Source: Paragordius varius (taxonomy: Eukaryota > Animalia > Nematomorpha). Taken from it: DNA of 64,000 nt. Shown here piece by piece: positions 27,501-39,998 of this stretch. The notes beneath the pieces are model-generated. The model saw nothing but the letters and a program-made list of their open reading frames with translations. It did no database searches and was not told where the DNA came from. The stretch lies in assembly GCA_964247055.1 (NCBI GenBank), contig OZ176055.1:6386001-6450000 (forward strand), given 5' to 3'. Made by a program: the position numbers and the translations under genes. How positions within the stretch are numbered: position 1 is the stretch's first letter; each line of letters opens with the position of its first letter.

Positions 27501-30500
27501 AAACATTTATGAATTATTTTTTTAAATTTCATTTGAAAAAGCTAATTGGAAATAACAAATCTCACTGATAAATTTTACTATTTATGTGCTGAGATGTATG
27601 CGTCCACTTATAAAAACCTTAAGTAAATTCAAAATTTAGATTATTTTTGCGCCCGGAACAGTAAATAGTAGTTAAATATAATATTTACCTTTTATAATAT
27701 ATGATAGTTAAACAAAAAATTTTTAATAAAAAAAGAAAGATTTACCTTGAAAAAAATTGCCAACATATTCAGACGGTGTATTTACCATTGCAACAGTTGG
27801 ATTGATAATACTTCGCATGATTGTATCCAATGCCATTCTCCCATACTATATTATTCGAATAAATTAAAACCATTTTTGTAAAAACTGTAAATCTCCCATG
27901 AATAAAAAATGAAAAGGGTAATAAAAACTTTAAACGCGCAACTATATATATAGTAACTAAGAAAATATGTTTCATAAAATTACTTAAAGGTAATATTTGT
28001 TTACTAGGAATAAACAGATTAAATAAATTTAATATTGGATCAATAAATTTAATATTGGATAAAATTTAAAAAAAAAGATAAAGCTATTCTAATAAATTAG
28101 TGCCTTTTTCTCTAGGTTTATATAAATATTAATTTTCCTTTTTTCTCCAGTCAATTTTATGCTACATTGTGAGCATTAAAAACTTAAAATTAATTTTTTA
28201 CCATATAAACATATAAATAACATCTATGGGAGAAAACTTTTTATACAATGACCAATATATTTATAATTTAATCATGAAAGACATTAGGTGGTAAAAAACG
28301 ACCAGAAGAACTGAGAGGTAAAATAACCTTGTTGTCAAAATTGAATTGACTAAGATCTCTGCTTTCCGTAGCTCGTCTATCACCATGTGTTAAAGCACCC
28401 TTTGTGTATGGAAAAAAAAGTTATGATAAAGGTATAAAAGAAATCAATATTTCATTAATAAAGTCAACCGTACATTTAATTTAAAGTCAAAAATAATACA
28501 GAATAAATAAAGAGGCTATAATTTTAATATAAATACAATCTTATACCATGATTTTTTATATAGCCTTTATAATGACAAATATTTAAAATTTAACTTAATT
28601 ACATCTCTATTCCTTATATTGCAGGCCAAAACGATTAGTTATTAATAGTAAAATAATTAGTTATCTTTTAGATTTTCCATTTTATCTTTATAGTTTGAAT
28701 TTATTGCATAAAAAATTAATTACCAAGGATTCCAATCGTTTAGCTACTATAGAGGCAAATCGTCGTTCACCAGCCAATTCCGAAATTAGAAATATGTATT
28801 CGGGAGCACTCACCTGATTTGATCGATGAGTTCGACCTATTTTAATATATTTCGTACAAATATATGTATATAAATAAAAATTTACAATTTATATAGAAAA
28901 AAATTAATGAATTTAACAATATTGATATGCAGTTATTATGAGCTCGGTTCAAAACTAATGGCTTCGCACGAAGCATCAATTTAGTTCTTTTCTTGAACTT
29001 TAATTCAAGTATAAAATATTTAATATTTGAATAAAATTTAAAACTGAATAATCCGTGGGGACCACGGGTTAGTGACCTTTGGTAAAAAAACAAATATAAT
29101 TTAAATTCATTTAATCAAATTTTAATTTACATTTTAAACTTTAAATGAAAAGCTAACCAAATGAAATATATATAAAAAAAACTTCTAACCAAATTGTTGT
29201 ATGGCTTTATCTGCACTCCAAGGCAATTCCAACGTTATGTGAACGCGTCTTAGTTGATTCAAAGCACGTCGATCACTTTGTAATGATATTCCGGAGCTAG
29301 CGGCCTCCGATATTATAGCAATTTTCTAATGAATGCAAAAAAAATAATATATAAGGTTAATAAAAAAACTGGGAGGCTAAAATACTTTACAGAGTGATCC
29401 CCCTATAATAATCAAAGATGAAATGTTTCATAAAATCATTTAGCTTAACAATTATACCTATTTAAGACTTATTGAGAAATATAGAATAAAATTTTTGGTC
29501 ATATGTTTTTTTACCTTTTTACCGTCCATAAAACGTTGTTTTTCTTTGACATTGAGAGATTCTAATGGTACATCATATTCGCTACGAGACTCATATATGA
29601 CAGAACCATCGGATTGAGTAACTATCCTCCCCTTACGTCCTGTCATCTAACAAAATTATGATCATTAAGTAAAAAATTATCAAAGAAGCCACGTTAAATT
29701 ATTTATAAATAATGATTACCCTCATAAAATTTATTAAAATTCATGCGCGTTAGTTTTAAATAGCTAAAAAATTATTTCCTTTTTTGTAATAATTAAAAAA
29801 ACCTCTGCAACTTGGGTAGTTCCACCCAATTCATCAATCAAAAGATCAAGTGTATTTGGGGGTAGGCGGTCACCCAAATCCTCAATTTCAGTTAAAAGTT
29901 CTTGTTTCATTAACAGAATTCGTTCTCGGGCACTTGTTAATGAATGGGTTTGAGCAGTATCGGTGGTAATATTAGCTATTCATTTTATATTAAATAATAA
30001 ATTACACCATAAAAACTTTTTACATTAAAGATTAAAAATTTATGGATAAAACGTAAAAACTGAAAGACAAAATAACTTTTTTGTTAGAGAGAGAGAGAGA
30101 GAGAGCTATACATTTTAAAATTTTAAAAATATATAATTAAGTGAGTGTGTTACCAAATTATAACTTTATATCCCTCATAATTTTGCTCTCCAAAACGTTA
30201 GATTAGAAAAATTAGGGTTTAAAAAATATATAGCTATCTCTTACAAAATATATTTCAATATTAATTTTTAAATTTTGTCTTTACAATTTCAACTTTTACT
30301 GTGACTAAAAATATACCCTTTTCACTCTTAAAATAATTGGATAGGGCAGGATTGTTGTGTAAAGATATGGAAGATTTTCTTAACGTTTCATCATTAACGA
30401 TAAGGATATCCTCATCTTCGGATTTTTCCTCATTTTTTAACCCATTAGCTATGTGTAAATATAAATATTTATATTTAGCTTGATATAAATTATATTTAAC

Positions 30501-33500
30501 ATGGATGATTAGTTAAAAATGCCAGTTTAGGCGCATATAAATATAAAAATTACCATTGCTCAAAGGTATAAATTTCAATAAGAATTTAACAATTTAATTA
30601 TTATCACATATATCCAAACGTACAAAAAAACTAACCCTTTTGATGTACATCATCATGTGGAGTTTGGTTATTTTTATTAGTTTTTGTGTCATTATCTAAA
30701 GAATCGTCTTCTATTTTAATTCGTTTATGAACATTAGCTTTATCATCCATTAATTTTGTTTTGATAGTAGTTAAATTTCCATCAATAAAATTGTAAGGAT
30801 TTAATGTTTCATTGGGTAATGTTGATATAGATTCATTTTCAGTCATATCGTTGTTTGCTTGTTTAACATCCGTTTCCGATTCTGATGAAGGATTAGCGGA
30901 TGCTGACGATGATGAGTCATCCTCATACAAAGAAAATAGTTTTCGACGTTTTTTTCGTGGTTTTTGTCTGTACCGTAAATTAAAAAAAAGTTAACTGATT
31001 TAACAAAATGTTTAAAATAAATGAGAAATGTATTATATGCATAGGCCATCACATTTATACAGCTAAATAGTTTGGTAATAATATTATATTGTGTCAAAAA
31101 AAATAATAAAAACTATCCAAAAACATGAAATAATACTGTGTGAGTTACTGGAAAAATAGGTTTAAATTTAAATGACATAATTGTTAACAAGTATAGGCAT
31201 AGAAATTCCTTATTTTTCAATGTTATAAAAAAGACAAACCTCATTAAATTACAAAATTGGAAAGATGAGTAAATAATAAATAGATAAATATATGTACCTT
31301 AATGTATTAGTATCATTATTTGAAATGTTTATGGTTTCATCATCAATTCTCGTGTTTTGTAAATCATTACCTGTAACATTGTCGCCATTTTCGCTATTTA
31401 AATTGTTTCTATATTGAAAATGCGGTTGAATATTATGAATAATATATCAAATTAAAGGCTAAATATAAATATAGTTACTTTTTTATATCAGTGGACTTAA
31501 CCGTGTTAATATGCGAATATTTGTTATCAGAAACTATAGAATCGGTATCGTCACTGCTTGTGTCAGCTATAACTGATTTCGGTGTATTATCTATTAATTA
31601 TTCAAAAGTGTTTTATATAAACTTTTTTCTATAGATTTTTATGAAAATTATTTCAGGTTAAAAACTTTTGTATGTAAAATAACGTAATATACCCTTTTCC
31701 TCATTAGTCGCGTTATTAAGTGATAAACTGCTTGGATCCAAGTTTGTTTTCGATTCAACATCTTGTGTAGGGGTGTTACTGTTAGTATTAAATTGCATGG
31801 TTTTTGCACTGAAGAGCACGTCAGCAACTTTGCGTTTAAGCTCTTCACTATCTTGTGGTCCATTTGCCAGCCTTGCGTTTCGAGAGGTTGTCCCTTTTTG
31901 AAAAAAAACAAAAACAAAAAATTATTGTTTAGTTTACTATAAAAAATTAAAACAGTTCTTTTCAAATACATTTGGCCCAATCTCATTTTATTTACATATC
32001 TTACGAAAAAATGGTGAAATTTCTAATAAAAATATTATAAATTTATAATTTAACAATTTGGTGAATCTTATAGCATTAAAACTTGAATTTAAATAATTGT
32101 ATTTCATATATTTTATAATCCAAAAAAAAGTTTCTTACATTTACTAGCACCAGAACGTGGTTGTTTCGTTTCACCGTACAAGGATTTATGCATAATATAA
32201 CTCATGGATGAGGTATCAGTCTGTGCATTATTATTGTGATGACTGCCTAAGAATGTTACATTCTTTGAGGCTTGGAGAAAGGAAAGTTTTGAAAGGGAAC
32301 CCCCATAAGTTCCTATATTATTATTATGATGACTAGCTAACGATGTTGAAGTGGTATCGGTTGGGAAATGTTTTTCTACCAAGGATTGAAAAACGCCCCT
32401 ACAATAGTATATTCATGAAAAAAACATGATAAATTTGGTTAAATTATAATTATTTAATAATAGGGTTGAGTAAAAATATTAACTGGTCTCTCACCACTTA
32501 TGCAATAACCTGAGTCTTAATCCATCATTCATTGGTAAAAATATGAAAAAAATAAGCCTATTTAACCAATCAAACTGGTTATTTAATATTAATAATATTT
32601 TAATGACAATATATTGAAATAAATTTTATAATTTTTCATATTTAATTAAGTTTTATCCTTATTGGGTAACGTAATAAAAAATATTTTTTATAACTAGTTA
32701 TTCTAATAAATTCGGTCATGACTGCATTGATAACTAATCAAATCTTAAATATAATTAGGTTAATCTAAATAATATACATTAGAAAAAAAGCTATTTAATA
32801 ATTCAATAATATTGCGTACTTGGCAGTTGAAACAAAATCCGTCAATTCATGGCCATACTCCTCAATTTGTTCAAGAGTTCTGGCTTCACCGGTGGATTGT
32901 AATCCGATAACTACACACTAGAGATACATTTAGCAGTTAAAAATGCATTAATTTGTGAATGTCTACTTAAAACCAATCATAAATTGAAATTAAATAAAAA
33001 TAACTGGTTAAACGTAATTTCTCAATCATGTCTACGTAAAACCCATCACAAATAGTTTTGTGATACAACATTTTTTAAAATGAATTATTAATTTATCGGT
33101 GAAAAACACCGACAACAGTTGAAAGATAATCATCATTGGTTTACAATAAAAATGCAAAAAAAACTTTTTAATAACCCTAATTTGTTTAAACTTACTTAAA
33201 TATTAAAAAAGCGTTTTAACATGCTATAAAGGGTAATTTTTTAACCAATTAGTAGTAATAACAAACAGGTCTGACTGCTTAATAAAGTTATTCATGGTCT
33301 AAACCAGTCATTGATATCATAATTGGATGAATGCTGTAACAAATAAAAAACTAATTATAAGTGAATGCATTCATAAACAGTCAAACCAAACAATGTTTAC
33401 GATATCCCCGATGATATATATAATCAGGTGAATTTATAAAAGCAAACATTTGTTATAAAAGAAAAATCAGTCATTTCTTAGGTAACAAATAGGTGGTCAC

Positions 33501-36500
33501 ACTAACAAAAAAAACTCTCTGCCAACTATTCTATATAAAAGTCAAGTAATTACCTTTCCATCAGTCAAAGATTTTTTGGCTAATTGAACACACAGAGCGA
33601 CTTTAGAGGCCAAACAAAGGTATTTGAAGAAGCGTTGATGAGCAGCCCAAAATTGACTCCACACATGTTTGCGGAATGAATGACTCGACGATCCAATGTT
33701 ATCACCCGAACTATTATATAAGTATTCACATGCCTCAATAGCAGATTGAAATCGTTCTCGGGCCTTGGCCCACTAGGTACACATATAGGTAAAATTAAAA
33801 ACCTTAAAAAGTCTAATATCTTTTTTGATGTCAAATTTTAATATCTCGCAAATGCAGTAAAAAGAAAACAAAAGTTACAAATAAATTCTATAAAAGGAAT
33901 GGTTTATATGAAGATTGCTTAACTAACTCAATAATATTTTTAACCAACTTTATTTCTTGTTTTTTTTTGAAAAAAAAAATAAAAGTGCACATATATGCTA
34001 ACCAAATCAACGGCGGCATTATAAATATCAATGATGTTGGAATCCAATTTGGCTTCCCGTACATCAAAAGAAACGCCCGCAAAACTAAGTTGTCTCGCCA
34101 TATATGTACCTCGTAACTATATTTATATGTATAAAGACACAATCAATAATTGTACAATGAAACAAAATAAAAGTAAAGTATTAACATATTTAATTTTCAA
34201 TTTCTGTAATCTTAAATTGTTGAATGAAATACATATAATATCAATAATTCATCATTGAGAATAAATGTATAAAACTGTGTTTAAAAAAGTGTGAAATTTC
34301 ATAAGCGCAAGTAATAAAAATTGCTAACCTTAAACTGATATATTATCAAATCGCCTTAAAACACTAGTTGTATTATTTAATGTCTAAAATTTCCCGTAAA
34401 TACATAATATGCAGCGTTTATTTAATGAACTTGTAAAAATATATTCTTCAAGTTTTGGGAAAGATATATCAAAATAAATTGCATAATATCGATATTGATG
34501 CAAATTTTTTTTTATAAAACATTTCGACATTCATCAATGATAAGGCAAATAGAAACAAATAAAACATAATTTGTAATTAATTCAATTGAAATACAAATTT
34601 ATTGCTTGTACTCAATGTGTTTATATATCATATATTATAGTAAACTCTTGTATACTGTAAATTGATAAAATTTATTTTATATTATGTAATCAAATTTCCA
34701 AAAAACTCAAATATTTATTCAAAATTATTTTTGAATTCAGTTAAGATGGATAGCAAACTTGGTATCATATTTTTTGAAAGGGTAGTTTTAAAAAAATAAA
34801 ACAAATTATTGAGTAACCTTCATATCCATAGCGACTAGTTCCATAGCGCCGACACCCCTAAAATAAAATTTAAGAGGAATATTATTAAACTTTTAAGATA
34901 ATTACCCAAATCATATTTAAAATTTAAAGTTCAACTAAATTAAATCTGAGATAATTCTATTCACAGGTGAGTCCAATATCTTTTATGCTTTATAACAGTT
35001 TTTAACGTTTCCTACAATTATTGCTATCCAAGTTCTCCCCATATTTATTTTACCAAATAATATATTTTTAAGCTTGTCATTTATTTCAATAACATTACTA
35101 ACTTTAAGATCCTTCCTATAAAATAAACTTGACATTTTGAGACAAATCATAAATATATATTTCCATTCTTTTTAGCAAGATTCAAGATATTAACAAATAA
35201 AAAAAAATGCAAATTTTATCAATCAACAAATTAACTTAACTTATCTCCATATCAAAAAAAATACCTCCTTTCTACGGCTTGTATAAAATCAGCGAAATCA
35301 TGGAACGGCGTCCCAGGTCCCCATATGCCAAGTCGAACCATATAACCCATATTTTTAGTTTCTGTGGCTCCGGTAGCGCTTGCATAAACTATACGGGCTT
35401 TGGGTAGCTTTTGTTGTAATTCAAGAACGGCAAGCGCTGTTTTAGTAGGCTTAGTACCGGTCGGAACCAAATTTTTAGCTTTGTGACATTCATCAAACAC
35501 AATCTGAATTTAAATAAAAAACATAATACTGTGCGCAGAATAGTGATATAAACATTGGGGTAAAAGATTTCTACGTGTTAATAAAAAAGTTTTTGTTTAA
35601 ATTAAAAACCCAACATATTAAATGTATTGTCGTATAAAATTCCATACACAGTTGATAGGATGGAGTATTCATCGTAATAATCATAAAAAAGTGAATAATT
35701 AAATTTAATCAAATAAACAACAATATATTATTATCGAAATAATCCTAATGACAATTTAAAAACTAACATAACTTATAGAAAATTTACTAAGTTATAATGA
35801 AACTGAAACATACCACTCCATCAAAATCTGAGCCACACCAATGTAATATCTGTTTAAGTCTAGTGTCATATTTGCTATTTTTTGCTTGACTTTCGCCAAT
35901 CAGGGACGAATAGGTGGAAAATATGATACCCTTTTTAAAGGAACCGTTAGTTTTGGAAGTTATTTTCTTGTACTTGAACTAAATTTATGAACGTATTAAA
36001 AAATATATATTTATTTTAATGTGCTTAACAAATAAAATATTATTAAATATATTCTGGTAAAAAAAATATTAGAGTTTTGTTTTGAGGCTAATGAGTCAAG
36101 GAAGGATATTTTAGTTTTTGTGGTAATTGTTCCATATCGAAGAAATAGCGCACAATATATCAAAAAAATTGGTGAAAGCTAAATGCTTTGTTCCAAAAAA
36201 CTTAAATTAACAAATTAATTGTATAGATTAATATTTCTTCTGATTCATTAAAAAAATTACTTTATTTAATGATGCAACCAGAATTTTTGAGGCATTAATA
36301 TCACGTAAATCACGTTCAGCGTCGTATTTGAGATCATTAGAAACGCTAAACCTAAAACGATAACATATATTTTAGGTTGATATAAATTTATATAAATTGT
36401 TTCCATCAAAAATTGATTCAAATTTAATTTGCACATATTCTAATTAGTAATATTACATTGAATAAAATTTACTGAATATTTGCCATTGCATAAATTATGA

Positions 36501-38549
36501 AAATTTATTAATATATTTTTTTCTTAAAATATAATCATTTTATGCTGGGAAGAAGACTAAGATTTAAAAGTCTTAATAAAATTCATTGGTTTAATAAATA
36601 ATTTCTAAAATTACCATATAGCACGCTTTCGATGTAAAAGGTAATTCTCCAATATTATTCCTGCAATAGTGCGTCCTTTACCAACACCAGGACCGTCTCC
36701 TATATACATATTTATGGATAAAAGGGATAAATATATAAATATATTTTAAAACATATATAATATACAACTAAATCCTTTAAAAAAACACTATCATTATTAA
36801 AGCCAATCATGCTTCTAAAAAAAATTTGTTTTAAATAGTAATGTATTGTTAAATTTACATGATTTCAATAATTTATCTTTTTATTTTGGCAAAAAACTAA
36901 TAATACAACCCTCTATGTAAAATCTAAAGCCTTTATTATCAGGGAAGATCAAAAATAAAAATATGGCTAACCGATTAGGAAACCCGCCCTAGAACCGTCA
37001 TGTAATATAGTTTCATGCTGTTGACAAGCATAAACGATAGATTCAAGTTGCAGGGCTGAAAGGGCGCACGTATCAATCAGCGCCTCTGATAAACTCAAAG
37101 TATACCAAATCCCGGGAGGTTCTACGCTTGAAAGCGAATTAGTTTCCACAACTGGATCAGGGTGTCGACTACCGTATCGTACTAATCATTAAATACAAAT
37201 ATATAAATTAAAAATGTTCAAATTACCTATATTGAAATTGGTAATTGATAACTAAAAGGCTGGCAAAAAACAGTTATTATGCTAAAATTCTAAGAGGTTT
37301 TACGCATTAAAAAATATTTAAAACAATTATTTGGCGGAACGGGTAAGATTAAAATAAAGTATTCGATGCAAAAAAATAAAAAGCAAACCTTGAATTGGAT
37401 TTTAAAGATTTCCATTTCCTTAATTGATAAAAGAAATAATAAAAAAAAATAACGCTTATTGGGTCAAAAATAGTTACAGATTTTTACGTTCAAACTAAAT
37501 GGACGAAATAACCCATAATTACAAAACTAAAAATATTTATGAATATTAAAAATCTCTGAAAACACCATACTAATGTTTAAATACAAAATTTATCGCTACT
37601 ACAACTAGAAAATAATAAAAAGACGAAAAAGAGGGGAAAATTTCCTATTCCAATGTAAAGCCGCTCTTTTTATGCTCTAATTATATGGATCAAAAAATTG
37701 TTATAAAATTAATACTTACATTTTTTAGGCATATATTCGGCATAAGTTTCAACATGCCTTAACTGATCTTCCAATTCGGCCATTTCTTCTTCGGTAGCCT
37801 CTTTTTCAGCAATCAAATTTTTACGATATTTGTCATACAACATTGCTTGATATTGGTGTTGATTAAGCATAGCATTTGTTACAGGTTGAGAGGTGGAGTT
37901 ATTAGCAATGGTGGTTGCAAACTTAAAATTGTTTGCAGCGATTTTGTTAATCAAATTAATATTGCTATTCTGTAATTGATTATTTTTGTAAGCTAATGCC
38001 GTTTGAAAATTGTTAATAAAATTAGGTATAATTTTTGGTCCAGTAAAATTGGAATTAATATTTGTTGTGTTTCTAATATTAGGAGTTGTGATAATTGGGT
38101 TAATATTAGAATTAGGAATAATCGAATTAGTAGTTGATGAAACGCTTAAAGGAGCAATAAATTTGGTTTGATTAATTACAAGACATTCATCATCACTAGC
38201 TTTTCCGTCGGTATCGGAATCATCTATGGTATATGTCTGAAACGCATTTGAAGAGTTGACTTGAGTCATTGGGACGATTCGTTTCAAAGGTGGCAAATCA
38301 GCAGACGATAAAGTTATAACGTTATTATTAGGCTTCTGATTATTTGTAGTTGTGACAAAAGTATTGAACTTCAATGTTTGAGGCGGTAAAGATGGTTGAT
38401 TTAAAAATTGATTTGCTTCATCATTCATATTTAATTTCTATTTAAAATATTATGATAAAATATACTTCATTCACATCATTTTGGGTATCCTGAAATAGTA
38501 ATCCAGAATCCTCTAAAGCTGCAAGCAAAATATCCTTTTTATCACCCAT
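24186..38549 (-). CDS. sno: Protein strawberry notch homolog (SBNO/Sno, helicase-like)
   Basis: About 30 GT-AG exons assembled with compatible phases. N-terminal [16 protein letters not shown] (human SBNO1 DLLLAALSESG), then [153 protein letters not shown]; stop at 24186-24188. Confidence 0.96.
24489..24523. repeat. (AT)n microsatellite in a sno intron
   Basis: Uninterrupted AT run of about 35 bp. Confidence 0.9.
30086..30105. repeat. (AG)n microsatellite in a sno intron
   Basis: AG x10, within a sequence resembling the TA-flanked MITE. Confidence 0.85.
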
Positions 38550-38729
38550 TTGCACTTACCGTTTTTACCATGCGAAACTTGGTAAAATGGCATCATAGCA
38601 GCCTTATATACTATTTTTTGATATTTTTGTTCCGCTAGGAAAAACGCTTTTTAAACAATAATTTTGTTGTGAAATTTTTTATTTTGTTGCAATCTAATAA
38701 GATGCGCCGATAAGAAACATTGTTTTTGA
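38550..38729. promoter_or_regulatory. Putative bidirectional promoter and 5' UTRs between sno and the Bcl-2-like gene
   Basis: Divergent start codons are only 180 bp apart; no specific promoter element was identified. Confidence 0.55.
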
Positions 38730-39352
38730 ATGCCGTTGCCTATTGCATATAATGAAACACATACATTAGTCAATGAATATATAGCTTACATTTTGAAAAA
38801 ACATGGATATTCTTACTCCTACGCCACCGATATTGAATTACGATCTCCCGATATTATAAATACTTTAACACATTTATCGGATGAATTCGAGGCAAGATAT
38901 CAAGATGTTTTTGAGGGACTTTGTTCGCAATTAAATATAATTAGTGTATCTACGGCTTATCCATCTTTTGTAGCAGTCGCTAAGGAATTATTTAAAGATG
39001 GTGAAATCAAGTGGGGACGGATTATAGCTTTATTTGTATTTTCTGGACAACTCTGCATTGAATGCATAAATAAGGGATTGCCAGAATTGATAAGGCCAAT
39101 AGCATTTTGGTTAAGTCAATTTATAGAAAATAATTTAGCATTTTGGATAGAAGAGAATGGCGGATGGGTAAATGTATTTTAATCGTAGATTGGATTTGTT
39201 AATTTTTACAAAGAATGTTCGAATCTTAAAACTGAAAATACATGGCCAACATTTACAAATTTTATCTGTGGAATAGCGACAGGTTCAACAAAATATTATT
39301 TTTAGGTGCGCTTGGAGCAATCACACTCAAAAATTGGTTCAAATCGGCTTAA
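38730..39352 (+). CDS. Bcl-2 family protein, 192 aa (BH4, BH3, BH1, BH2, tail anchor)
   Basis: Exons 38730-39167, 39189-39282, 39306-39352. BH4-like TLVNEYIAYIL, BH3 LTHLSDEFEARY, BH1 ELFKDGEIKWGRIIALFVFSG, BH2 WIEENGGW/IGFVNFY, hydrophobic tail FTNFICGIATGALGAITL followed by basic KNWFKSA. The specific orthologue cannot be assigned. Confidence 0.93.
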
Positions 39353-39998
39353 ATATTTTGAGAATGCATTTAACAGACATATATGATTTGGCAATATATA
39401 AATGAAAAATAAATCTATATCGTAATATATATATGTGCTTAAACCGAATCATTGAAAATAGGGCAGTGGTAATTAAACCATTACCCTTAACTGCCTTTTT
39501 ATTGCCCTGAAGGAGGTCAATTTTTTATATTGAATTAGTGCCTAGTTAGAAATACATAACTGATATATTTATCTCATTACGATATTTATTTTTGAATATC
39601 TAATAGAGGAAATCATTTTGTTTATTCTGGTATTCTAGTTTTACACCTTTTAAAATAAATTTATTTTATATATTCCTGACTCTTAAACAATGTCAGGATT
39701 ATAATAATTTGATAATGGCATCTATCGCTAAAAACGGAAATTATCCGTTGAAAATCGCTCTTTTAATAATTAATAGAAATAATTTTTTTGTAGTATTCAT
39801 ATATAAATTAATTGGTGTATATCAATATTTTACTTATGTTATTGTTAATTAATATTATTATCATTAAGTAAACTAAATGGCACAAGGGGTGGTTACAATT
39901 TATATGTGACCCACAAAAATCGCAGATTGATAATTATTTTAAATGCAATATGTATCAAATAGCTATGTAATATTTGTCGGTATTATATGGTGCATGCC

